Assembly: GCA_030619905.1 (NCBI GenBank) | Contig: JAUXAO010000004.1 | Location: forward strand, 203 to 64,202 | Length of the DNA: 64,000 nt | DNA from: a bacterium | Lineage (GTDB): Bacteria > Patescibacteriota > Minisyncoccia > Minisyncoccales > CG1-02-41-26 | Direction: 5' to 3' | Shown: positions 23,829 to 32,345 of the stretch, in pieces | How the letters are laid out: every line of letters starts with the position of its first letter | Numbering within the stretch: the stretch's first letter is position 1 | The notes under the pieces: model-generated | The model's input: only the letters and a program-made list of their open reading frames with translations | Told to the model about the DNA's origin: nothing | Database searches by the model: none | Translations under genes and position numbers: made by a program

Positions 23829-25328
23829 ATGAGTAAAGCAATTAAAACAATTTTAGTTATTTCAATCGCTATTTTTGGCGCCGGAGTTTTATTTATTCCA
23901 TCAACTTGGGCTCAGGTACCCCAGGTTAAATTTGGCGACAAAAATATTTTTGTAGATTTTGATGGCTTACCTTTTGATTTAAGTAATTGGGCGCCAGGAG
24001 CGAGTACTCCTCTAAAAACCATTACCATAACCAATGATGAAACTTTTAATATTGATATTTATATTGGAGCGTCGAGAACCAGCTCGGAACCGGAAAGCGG
24101 AAAAGCAGATTTGGCTGATGTTTTAACTCTAACCATTGAGGGACAGTCCAAACATATATCAGAATTATTTACTGAGAATATAAAGCTTTCTTCGGTTGGT
24201 TTTAAAAATTTTCAAGCATACAATTTGTTTATGAGTTTTGACGAAGATGCTGGGAACGAGTATCAAAATAAAACTATAGATTTTGATTTTGTGATTACTA
24301 TTAAAGAAGTAGGAAAAGATGATGGAGAAATACCGCCAGTAATTATTCCAGGTGGTGGCGGAGGCGGGGGAGTTTTTATAGCTGGACTTGAGATTTACGA
24401 TGAAGTCGCTTCAGGTATTGGTGAAAATAGTGTGACTATTACTTGGAGGACTAATCTCAATAGTACTAGTAGAGTAATTTACTCTCCTTATGGTTTACCT
24501 CACCTTTTTAATCCAAATGACCCGCCAAATTATGGTTATGTTTTTTCAACGATTGAAGATTCAGCAAAAGTTACTGGTCACACAGTTCATATTACAGGTC
24601 TTTTACCAGCCACTACCTATTATTTCCGTTGTATTTCGCATACCTCTCCAGATGAGACAATAACCATAGAACATACTTTTACCACAAAAGGAGTGGCTGG
24701 AGAAGAAACAGAGAAAGAAGAAGATAAAGAGGCTCCGAGTGAAGGTCCAGGAGAATGGATTGAACCAGAAGAAGAAGATATTCCTGAAGAGGAAATTGGA
24801 CCAATAGTTGAAGAAGAAATCACTGAGGAAAAAGAAGAACCAATAGTAATACTGGCACCAGAAGTTATCTCTGGTTTCTTGCCTAATTTATTGGCTGACA
24901 TTGGTGATATTTTTGAAGGGCTTGGTAGTACTTGTTACAATTGTTTTCCTTTGTGGGTAATCTTGATTTTAGCTGTATATCCATTAATAGAAAGTGCTTT
25001 GAGCCAGAGAAGAGAGAAAAGAAGAGCGAAGAAATGGCTTATTTGGTCTTTAGGTATTATTGTTTTAGCAATTATTTTTTACCTAACCAATTATCATTGT
25101 GTGGCAGTTTGGATTTATCTTGTTTTAGCTTTATCTACTTTATTATTTTGGAGATTTATTAATCCCAAGGAAACGAAATATCCATTTATTGCTGGCTTAC
25201 TTATTATTTTGATTCTTTCTATAATTTGGCTTATCCTTGAATGTTTATATATTTGGATAATAGCCATTGCAGTTTTAATTTATCTTTTTGTTGTTGACTT
25301 TTTAAAGAGGAGAGAAAAAAGAGAATAA
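23829..25328 (+). CDS. TasA-like/Fn3 protein with C-terminal polytopic membrane anchor
   Basis: Signal peptide (PSTWAQ), FDLSNWAPGAST...ITITNDE beta-sandwich start, Gly8 run, Fn3-like VTITWRTNLNSTSRVIYSP...ITGLLPATTYYFRC, acidic linker, about five C-terminal TM helices. Confidence 0.8.
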   Translation: MSKAIKTILVISIAIFGAGVLFIPSTWAQVPQVKFGDKNIFVDFDGLPFDLSNWAPGASTPLKTITITNDETFNIDIYIGASRTSSEPESGKADLADVLTLTIEGQSKHISELFTENIKLSSVGFKNFQAYNLFMSFDEDAGNEYQNKTIDFDFVITIKEVGKDDGEIPPVIIPGGGGGGGVFIAGLEIYDEVASGIGENSVTITWRTNLNSTSRVIYSPYGLPHLFNPNDPPNYGYVFSTIEDSAKVTGHTVHITGLLPATTYYFRCISHTSPDETITIEHTFTTKGVAGEETEKEEDKEAPSEGPGEWIEPEEEDIPEEEIGPIVEEEITEEKEEPIVILAPEVISGFLPNLLADIGDIFEGLGSTCYNCFPLWVILILAVYPLIESALSQRREKRRAKKWLIWSLGIIVLAIIFYLTNYHCVAVWIYLVLALSTLLFWRFINPKETKYPFIAGLLIILILSIIWLILECLYIWIIAIAVLIYLFVVDFLKRREKRE

Positions 25329-25338
25329 ATAGCAGGTC

Positions 25339-25366
25339 TTGATTATTTTTTTAATTGTGATATAAT
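25339..25366 (+). promoter_or_regulatory. promoter TTGATT-N16-TGaTATAAT
   Basis: TTGATT at 25339..25344 and TATAAT at 25361..25366 preceded by TGa. Drives a leader of about 120 nt containing a 9-codon SD-led uORF (25428..25457). Confidence 0.55.
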
Positions 25367-25491
25367 GACAATGCATCAGTATGTATTGTTCTTTTTTTAT
25401 CGCTCATTAAAAAGAAAGGAGAAGTATATGGAGAAAGATAAGTTTTTTGTTTTTTAATTAAAAAATTTTAAGAAAAAAGAAAGGAAAAAAG

Positions 25492-25737
25492 ATGAAAGTT
25501 ATATTCCAGGAGGTTTTGAAGGGAAATTTACCAAAAAAAGGAGAAAAAGAAGAATTCAGCGTAGAAAAAGGAGAAAAACATTTTTACTTATATCATATGG
25601 GTAATCCATCAAGAGATCAGCTTATAGCCTTTAACTACCAAGATGCAAACAGTGAAAAAGTCGAAGCAAGATGCGAAGAGATATTTGAATTTTTTGGCTA
25701 CCGATTTGATAAAGAAACAAAAACATGGGAGAGATAA
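25492..25737 (+). CDS. hypothetical small cytoplasmic protein (81 aa)
   Basis: AAGGA SD 6 nt upstream, own promoter, and a perfect 11-bp terminator downstream. Confidence 0.65.
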   Translation: MKVIFQEVLKGNLPKKGEKEEFSVEKGEKHFYLYHMGNPSRDQLIAFNYQDANSEKVEARCEEIFEFFGYRFDKETKTWER

Positions 25738-25754
25738 TTTTATAGTTATAATTA

Positions 25755-25790
25755 TAGCTGGGATAGTATTTTATCCCAGCTATTTATTTT
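25755..25790 (+). terminator. intrinsic terminator
   Basis: TAGCTGGGATA-GTATTT-TATCCCAGCTA perfect 11-bp stem plus a T-rich tail. Overlaps the TTGACT (25789..25794)-N16-TAAACT promoter of the next gene. Confidence 0.85.
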
Positions 25791-25836
25791 GACTTTTTAT
25801 TTCTTCGTAGTAAACTTAATCTGATAACACCAAGAA

Positions 25837-27222
25837 GTGAGAAAAATGACTATCTTAGATGCAACTAAAAAGAATCTTACGGCTAAGGGGTTGGAAATGT
25901 TGCTGAATCTCTCAGCCCGGGTTTCAGATGATGATTTGATTAAATTGACTTATTTTGCTGAAAAAATAACCAAAGATGAGAGTGTCAAAAAAGTAATTGT
26001 AAATGCCAGAGAACAGATCAAACAGAGTCACCCTTGGGTTGAATTGGGAAAAAGGACAATCAAAGAAGTTGCTCCGAGTTATAGAAGGTTAATAGTAAAT
26101 TTCTTTGTCAATTCTATTTCTTTGAGCGTTTCCAAGAGAAGAGAAATTGAGAAAAAAGAAGGATTTTTTCCACCTTTCCAGATAGTGATCAGTCCCAGCA
26201 TGAGATGTAATTTGCATTGCCAAGGTTGTTACGCCTGGCAATACAAGAAAGAAGATGATCTGCCGCTTGAAGTCATAGACAGGGTAATAACTGAAGGAAA
26301 AGAATTAGGGATATATTTTTACACTATTTCCGGAGGAGAACCATTTCACAGAAAAGATTTGATGAAGATTTATAAAAAACATAATGATGTTGTTTTCCAT
26401 ATTTACACCAACGGAACACTTTTAGATCAAGCTTGTATTCAGGAGTTAGTGGAGTTGGGAAATGTTATTCCTCTAATTAGTATAGAAGGGTCCAAGCAAG
26501 AGACTGATAACCGAAGAGGAAAAGGAATATATGAAATAGTGATGAAGACAATGGATAATTTGAGAGAATCTGGAGTACCTTTTGGCTTTTCAATCACTCA
26601 TACCAGTTTAAACACCAGAACAGTTACCAGTGATGAATTTATAGATATGCTTATTAAGAAAGGAGCGATTGTTGGTTGGTTTTTCCAATATATTCCAATT
26701 GGTGGCAACCCGGATTTGAGTCTTATACCTAACGTTAAAGATAGAGATTTAAGACGGAGAGCAGTTCTTCGATGGCGGAATGAAAAGCCGATTGTTGTCT
26801 ACGATTTTTGGAATGATGGACCATTAGTAAAAGGATGTATTGCAGGAGGACGATATCTACACATCATTAGTAATGGAGATGTGGAACCATGTGTTTTTGT
26901 TCACTTTGCTGTAGATAACATTAAGTTAAAGTCCCTTAAAGAGATTTTGACTTCACCTTTTTTTAAAGCCATTCAGAGGAGACAGCCGTATTTAGATGGA
27001 GACGAGAAAAAACCTAATTACTTAAGGCCCTGTATGATTATTGACCATCCTGAAGTTCTAAGAGAATTAATCCAAGAAACAGGAGCACATGCAACTTGCA
27101 AAGATGCCGAGAAGATACTTGTAGGAAAATTAGCTGCCGGATTAAACAAAAGAGCAAAAGAATGGAAGGAGATTTCCGATCCTATCTGGAAGAATGCGAA
27201 AGAGTATCAAAAATACCATTAA
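25837..27222 (+). CDS. radical SAM enzyme with a C-terminal auxiliary-cluster (SPASM/twitch-like) region, function unknown
   Basis: CNLHCQGCYA (CxxxCxxC), ISGGEPF, C-terminal GCIAGGRYLHIISNGDVEPCVF...RPCMI...ATCKD. The start may be ATG 25846 rather than GTG 25837. Confidence 0.85.
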   Translation: MRKMTILDATKKNLTAKGLEMLLNLSARVSDDDLIKLTYFAEKITKDESVKKVIVNAREQIKQSHPWVELGKRTIKEVAPSYRRLIVNFFVNSISLSVSKRREIEKKEGFFPPFQIVISPSMRCNLHCQGCYAWQYKKEDDLPLEVIDRVITEGKELGIYFYTISGGEPFHRKDLMKIYKKHNDVVFHIYTNGTLLDQACIQELVELGNVIPLISIEGSKQETDNRRGKGIYEIVMKTMDNLRESGVPFGFSITHTSLNTRTVTSDEFIDMLIKKGAIVGWFFQYIPIGGNPDLSLIPNVKDRDLRRRAVLRWRNEKPIVVYDFWNDGPLVKGCIAGGRYLHIISNGDVEPCVFVHFAVDNIKLKSLKEILTSPFFKAIQRRQPYLDGDEKKPNYLRPCMIIDHPEVLRELIQETGAHATCKDAEKILVGKLAAGLNKRAKEWKEISDPIWKNAKEYQKYH

Positions 27223-27228
27223 AAAGAA

Positions 27229-27258
27229 CAGCTTTTCTGTTTTGAAGAGCTGCTTTTT
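27229..27258 (+). terminator. intrinsic terminator
   Basis: CAGCTTTTC-TGTTTT-GAAGAGCTG stem (one G-U) followed by CTTTTTC. Confidence 0.7.
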
Positions 27259-27284
27259 CATTTATAATCTGTTATAATATATAT

Positions 27285-27641
27285 ATGATTAATTTTAGAA
27301 AACTTAGGTTAGCCTTTAAGGTAGCGTTTAGGGGATTTGGGCTCGTTATCAGAGAAGAACAGACATTTAGGATTCAAATGATAGCTGCAATCCTGGTCGT
27401 TTTTTTTATGTTCTATTTTCCCCTGAGCTCTTCAGAAAGAGCTGTTTTAATGTTAGCCATTGTTTTGGTTTTGAGTTTGGAATTACTCAATTCTCAGATT
27501 GAAAGAATTTTGGATCTTCTTCAGCCCAATTTTGACCACAAAATTAGGAGAATAAAAGACCTTTCTGCTTCAGCTGTTTTGATGGTTACCATAGGTTCAG
27601 TTTTTGTTGGCCTCTTGATTTTTCTACCACACGTGTTATAA
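27285..27641 (+). CDS. dgkA: diacylglycerol/undecaprenol kinase (DgkA family)
   Basis: Three TM helices. LELLNSQIERILD (E-x-x-N-[ST]-x-IE motif). 118 aa. TATAAT at 27273..27278 lies 6 nt before the ATG (leaderless). Confidence 0.85.
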   Translation: MINFRKLRLAFKVAFRGFGLVIREEQTFRIQMIAAILVVFFMFYFPLSSSERAVLMLAIVLVLSLELLNSQIERILDLLQPNFDHKIRRIKDLSASAVLMVTIGSVFVGLLIFLPHVL

Positions 27642-27698
27642 TAAATCCTGGTAGACTGATCTTTCAAAAAAATAAAAAAAAGAAAGGAGAACAAGAAA

Positions 27699-28346
27699 GT
27701 GTTGGATGAAATTGAGTCTGTTATTCTTGATATTGATGGAACTTTAGTAAATAGTAAGGAATTCTATCGTCGGACATTGAAGAAAGTTTTAAATTCAAAT
27801 TACAATTTCTTTTTTCGGCGGTTCTATCTTGCTATATTAAAGGAAGAACATTACCAAAAGTTAGTTTTGGCTCTTTGGGAAAAACTGAATATCTTAATTT
27901 ATGAAATATTTGACAAATTGGAAAAATCCCCACCACTATTTAGAGGAGTAAGACAGTTTTTGGAGAAACTCTCTGAAAATGAGGTGAAAGTCTTTGCTAG
28001 TACGGCTGGTTCCAAATCCTTGAAGGTAGAACAAAAATTAGAAAAGCTTGGAATTCTTGATTTTTTTGAAAAAGTCTTGGGAAGAGAAGTTGCAAAAGCA
28101 GAACATGCTTATTTGTTTGCTAGATACCTTAATATGGATGTGAGAGAATTTTCTCGTCACGCCATTTATATTGGCGACGAGCTGATGGATATGATTCTGG
28201 CAAAGAAATTCGGGATTTATGGGATCGGCATTACTAATACTTTTAGTGATCGAATGTTAAGAGAATTTGGAGCCAAAATGGTTATTAATAACTTCGAAGA
28301 GTTGACAGAATTGTATACAAAAAATCTTTTAAAGGAAATCAAATGA
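27699..28346 (+). CDS. HAD-superfamily hydrolase
   Basis: Motif I ILDIDGTLVNS, motif IV-like IYIGDELMD. GTG start with GGAG 9 nt upstream. Confidence 0.8.
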   Translation: MLDEIESVILDIDGTLVNSKEFYRRTLKKVLNSNYNFFFRRFYLAILKEEHYQKLVLALWEKLNILIYEIFDKLEKSPPLFRGVRQFLEKLSENEVKVFASTAGSKSLKVEQKLEKLGILDFFEKVLGREVAKAEHAYLFARYLNMDVREFSRHAIYIGDELMDMILAKKFGIYGIGITNTFSDRMLREFGAKMVINNFEELTELYTKNLLKEIK

Positions 28347-28391
28347 AAAAGCCCAATAAGTAATCATTTAGTAATTATTTAATGGGCTTTT
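28347..28391. terminator. bidirectional hairpin between convergent genes
   Basis: AAAAGCCCA ... TGGGCTTTT (9-bp stem, large AT loop) between the 28346 and 28414 stops. Confidence 0.5.
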
Positions 28392-28413
28392 TATATTATT
28401 TAAGGTTGTAAAA

Positions 28414-28908
28414 CTAAGGTTGTAAAACCCCATCTTTTTCACTTTTTCCCTCTACCGTTATGAAGATTTTTTTCACAGTCTGGAATTGCATCAAAATCTT
28501 CTCAATCTGTCCTCTGATGCATATAACATTCATCGATCCTCCTCCGTAGCTTTGGAGTTCTTCTGAGAAATCGATGAATACAATTCCCTTGTCTTTATCT
28601 ATTTCAAGCTTTCTTAATTTTGTTCCTTTGGGAATGAAAGTTTCCAGATTTAATTCTTTTCTCTCGTCTTCTAGACCATAAAGCAGTGTTATGATAGCAG
28701 ATTTAATTATTTTTTCTATGTCCTCACTCTTTTTAGTAAGGCATATTACTGGGATAAACTCTATTTCCGTTGCTTTCTCGTTCAATCTTATGAAATAAAT
28801 TTTTACTTCCATAAGATTCGCTTTTTCAAGGCATTCCTTAGAGTTGGCTAGAGCCTGAGTAGAGATAAGCAATAGAAATATCAAAACTAAAATTCCTATC
28901 TTTTTCAT
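28414..28908 (-). CDS. GerMN-domain secreted protein/lipoprotein-like
   Basis: Signal peptide. FIDFSEELQSYGGGSMNVICIRGQIEKILMQF...ITVEGK is GerMN-like. Strong AGGAGGA SD 5 nt upstream on the minus strand. Confidence 0.7.
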   Translation of the reverse strand: MKKIGILVLIFLLLISTQALANSKECLEKANLMEVKIYFIRLNEKATEIEFIPVICLTKKSEDIEKIIKSAIITLLYGLEDERKELNLETFIPKGTKLRKLEIDKDKGIVFIDFSEELQSYGGGSMNVICIRGQIEKILMQFQTVKKIFITVEGKSEKDGVLQP

Positions 28909-29149
28909 CGTTTTCCTCCTATTTAATTTTTAACGTTTATTTCTTTAATTTTATTTCTTTCTATTCTAATTTTTATATTATAACATATAAAAAGAATATT
29001 TCAAGGGTTAGCCATTTGAGTTTCATCCTCAATAAATTTTCTATGTTGGACAAAACATATAGAGTATGTTATAATGCCAACAGATTAAATAATAACTTTT
29101 TAAAAAGCACTTTAAGTATTAAATAAAAGAAAAAAAGGGGGTAAATCAA

Positions 29150-29884
29150 GTGTTTAAAGTATTGGTAGTAAAGAAGAAGAGTGATTTTACAGAGATGAAA
29201 GGCAATGTCTGGGATTTTAAGGAAATTGATAGGATAGTAAAGAAAATAGCAGATAAATTTCTTCGTGAGTTCCATCTTTATTCTCATCATGATTCAATGC
29301 GATTAATTGATAAATATGATTTCTTTAATAAATATCAGTTAGTTAATAAAGAAGGATTTTACAAAGATGGATTTTACTATCTGTTTGCTCAAAATGTGAG
29401 GCCACCAGGATGGCTGAGAAATGCTAAAATTTTTTACAGGCTGTGGCTTAAAGGTATGAAACCTAGAGCGTTAGTAGATAATGAAGGTCGCTTTTTAAAT
29501 GCGACCAATGGCTTTATTAATCCTGAGATAAAATACCATAAACGTACTAAGATGTTGAGAATAGATAATGAGCCAGTTCTAAGTCTAGAATTAACCGAGA
29601 AAAGTTTACAGATAATTTTAGGTGATCTGGAATGCTTCAATGAATTGAAGAAAGAGATTGTCAAAAAATTAAGAACTTTTTGCGAGAGTGTAAAAAAAGA
29701 CAAAGAGATTAATAAGAAAGTTTTCTTTTTAACACCTTGCAAAGATTATTGGAGCTTGAAAGAAATTGATCCTACGATTTCCATGGGACTCTTTTATTCC
29801 GATACCATTCGTTTTAGAAAAGGAGTTTTCAGAAAAGGAATAAAAAAAGTCTCAGTTTGTGTGGGACATTATGGGCATATCTAA
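29150..29884 (+). CDS. hypothetical protein (244 aa)
   Basis: Long ORF with a GTG start and a GGGGG SD 8 nt upstream. Followed by a strong terminator. No family recognised. Confidence 0.6.
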   Translation: MFKVLVVKKKSDFTEMKGNVWDFKEIDRIVKKIADKFLREFHLYSHHDSMRLIDKYDFFNKYQLVNKEGFYKDGFYYLFAQNVRPPGWLRNAKIFYRLWLKGMKPRALVDNEGRFLNATNGFINPEIKYHKRTKMLRIDNEPVLSLELTEKSLQIILGDLECFNELKKEIVKKLRTFCESVKKDKEINKKVFFLTPCKDYWSLKEIDPTISMGLFYSDTIRFRKGVFRKGIKKVSVCVGHYGHI

Positions 29885-29894
29885 GATTTTTAAA

Positions 29895-29930
29895 AGCGCA
29901 GGAAATTTATAAATTTTTCCTACGCTTTTT
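29895..29930 (+). terminator. intrinsic terminator
   Basis: AGCGCAGGAAA ... TTTCCTACGCT (11 bp, 1 mismatch) plus T5. Confidence 0.75.
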
Positions 29931-29992
29931 GCTTTCTTTTTTTAAAAATAATTGATATAATTGTATTTGAGTATAATTAAATTAATAAAAAT

Positions 29993-30832
29993 ATGGTTAA
30001 TTCTATTAATGAAATTGAGTGGAGCTCATTTACTAGAATCTTACTTATAGTTGTTCTCGTTTTAATCTTATATTGGGTCTTTTGTCGTTTATTGGGCATT
30101 CTTAAAAAGCGTCTTCTTAAGAAAGCCAAGAATAAGAAAGAGCGTTCTAATATTGAGATTTTCTCCCGGGCTATTAAATATATAGTCATGTTCTTTTTGG
30201 TAATTTTTGCCATTCTTTCTTATTCCGGTTCTTTGACTAGTATTGGACTTTTTGCTGGTCTTTTAAGTGCTGCTCTGGGTTGGGCCTTACAGAGGCCAAT
30301 TAGCGGAATGGCTGCCTGGTTGATGTTAGTTGTAAAAAGACCATTTGAGATAGGGGACAGAGTGATTATTGGGAATGTTAAAGGGGATATCTCTGACATC
30401 ACTCTTACTCATGTGCATATTCAAGAAATTGGAGGAACAATACCTTCAGAAGAAATTTCTGGCAGATTGATTTTAATCCCTAATGCTAAGTTATTTGAAG
30501 AAGATATAATCAATTATACGAAAAAAGATAATTTTATCTTAGATGAAGTAAGTTTTCCTATAACTTTTGAAAGCGATATTAATGAAGCTCAAAAAATAGC
30601 CAAAGAATCAGCCAAAACTGTACTTAAAGATTATATGGAAAATACAAAGGAGATTTATACTAGAACTTATTTTCAGCCGAGTGGAGTTGATATTTTTGTC
30701 CGTTATCTTACTCTGACTCCCAAACGCAATGAGATTTCAAGCAGAATTACCGAGAAAATTTTCAATAAGATAAAAGCTTGTAAAAAGGTAAGATTTGCTT
30801 ATTATCATAGCGAGATTTTATTAAAAAGATAA
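29993..30832 (+). CDS. small-conductance mechanosensitive channel (MscS family)
   Basis: TM helices then ALQRPISGMAAWLMLVVKRPFEIGDRVIIGNVKGDISDITLTHVHIQE (MscS beta-domain signature). Confidence 0.85.
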   Translation: MVNSINEIEWSSFTRILLIVVLVLILYWVFCRLLGILKKRLLKKAKNKKERSNIEIFSRAIKYIVMFFLVIFAILSYSGSLTSIGLFAGLLSAALGWALQRPISGMAAWLMLVVKRPFEIGDRVIIGNVKGDISDITLTHVHIQEIGGTIPSEEISGRLILIPNAKLFEEDIINYTKKDNFILDEVSFPITFESDINEAQKIAKESAKTVLKDYMENTKEIYTRTYFQPSGVDIFVRYLTLTPKRNEISSRITEKIFNKIKACKKVRFAYYHSEILLKR

Positions 30833-30845
30833 ATCTTAATTATAA

Positions 30846-32330
30846 ATGTTTAAAAAAGAACAATTTAAAAAATTTTCTCTTGTGGAGGTTTCGATTTATG
30901 CAACTATTATTGTTTTTCTTTTGATTGTTGTGCTTCTTTTTTTCAGGGGAATTTATCCGGAAAGGAGGGATAGGGAAAGAATACAGGAGTTAGCAATTTT
31001 AGAAAGAGTTCTCAATACTTATTTTAGAGATCATGGGGAATATCCAGAAATGAAAGAATGGGAATGTTTGGGAAAAGACCAAATGGAAAACGGTACTTTT
31101 TCTCAGAGAATTAGAGATTATGTTCCAGAGATTCCTCAAGACCCGCTTTTTAATCCTGAAAAACTTGATTCTAAATTCTGTTATTGGTATAAAACAACTC
31201 AGGAGAATAGGGAGTATAAGATTTATGCTTTTTTGGAGAGAGGAAAAGAAATTTATCAAATCTATTCCCCAGACGGTAAATGGATTTATACTGGCCAACT
31301 AGATGAAGTCTTTTGGTTTGATTCCAATTGGAAATTCAGGAAAAAGATAGTTATTGATCATACAAAAATTGACAATGACCTAAATAATTTCCCATTGCTC
31401 CTATATTTGAAAGACGATGATGTTAAAGAGCATGCTGCAAGAAAAGGAAGGGATATTATTTTTATTGATTCTGATGGGAAAAAATTAAAAAGAGAAATAG
31501 AGAATTATAATTCTTTGACTGGAGAGTTATTTGCCTGGCTAAAGATTCCTCTTCTTTCTTCAGTTGAAGATACTGAAATCTATATTTACTATGGTAATCC
31601 TCAAGCAGTTGAGATTGATGATAAAGATGTCTGGGATGAAAACTTTTTAATGGTTCATCATCTTAATGAAACTCTTGGAGAAAGTTTAGATTCAACTCCT
31701 AATGTTATTGATGGCAAATTGTATGGTGATTTAGAGCGTGAGAGTTTGGGTAAGATAGATAAATGTTATGGATTTGACGGTATTGATGATTTTGTGAATT
31801 TTGGAAACCCTAATGTATTTTCGAAAATAGAGAATTTAACAATTGAGATTTGGGTTTTATCGAAGCAAATTCAGGAAGATAGAGGAATTCTGGGTTGGGA
31901 AGGAACCGAATATGGTCCTTGGCAGATAATAATAAAAAAACAGAATGTCCTTTTTCAAGTCAATGTTTCAGGGGACATTTATAAATTAACTACAAGAATG
32001 CTTTCTCAGGAAAATGAATGGAATCATCTGACATTTGTTTATGATGGAGAAAATTTGATTTCTTATTTAAATGGGGAAAGAAAAGAAATAAAAGATAAAG
32101 TAACAGGCTCACTTCAAAAAACAAGAGGAGAATTTCTTGAGATTGGTCGGTATCTTAAAGAAAGCTGGATTATCGAAGGACAGGTTTTTAAAACGCATTC
32201 TTTTAATGGTTTAATTGACGAGGTGCGAATTTCAGATAAGGCGAGAGATTCTGTTTGGATTAAAACTTCTTTTGAAAATCAAAATTACCCCTCAAGTTTT
32301 ATTAAAGTAAATCAGCAAGAATTGTACTGA
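30846..32330 (+). CDS. type IV pilin-like N-terminus fused to DUF2341 and LamG/concanavalin-like domains
   Basis: KKFSLVEVSIYATIIVFLLIV resembles the prepilin F[TS]L[IV]E helix. WKFRKKIVIDHTKIDNDLNNFPLL (DUF2341). LamG-like WNHLTFVYDG...FNGLIDEVRISD. Confidence 0.75.
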   Translation: MFKKEQFKKFSLVEVSIYATIIVFLLIVVLLFFRGIYPERRDRERIQELAILERVLNTYFRDHGEYPEMKEWECLGKDQMENGTFSQRIRDYVPEIPQDPLFNPEKLDSKFCYWYKTTQENREYKIYAFLERGKEIYQIYSPDGKWIYTGQLDEVFWFDSNWKFRKKIVIDHTKIDNDLNNFPLLLYLKDDDVKEHAARKGRDIIFIDSDGKKLKREIENYNSLTGELFAWLKIPLLSSVEDTEIYIYYGNPQAVEIDDKDVWDENFLMVHHLNETLGESLDSTPNVIDGKLYGDLERESLGKIDKCYGFDGIDDFVNFGNPNVFSKIENLTIEIWVLSKQIQEDRGILGWEGTEYGPWQIIIKKQNVLFQVNVSGDIYKLTTRMLSQENEWNHLTFVYDGENLISYLNGERKEIKDKVTGSLQKTRGEFLEIGRYLKESWIIEGQVFKTHSFNGLIDEVRISDKARDSVWIKTSFENQNYPSSFIKVNQQELY

Positions 32331-32345
32331 TAAAAAATATTATCT

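Noticed and set aside
25492-27222. The 81-aa ORF as a RiPP precursor for the downstream radical SAM enzyme.
   Set aside because: The small gene has its own promoter and a perfect 11-bp terminator (25755..25790) before the radical SAM promoter. Its sequence is Lys/Glu-rich with a single Cys and no leader/core organisation. The link is not supported, though it is not formally excluded.
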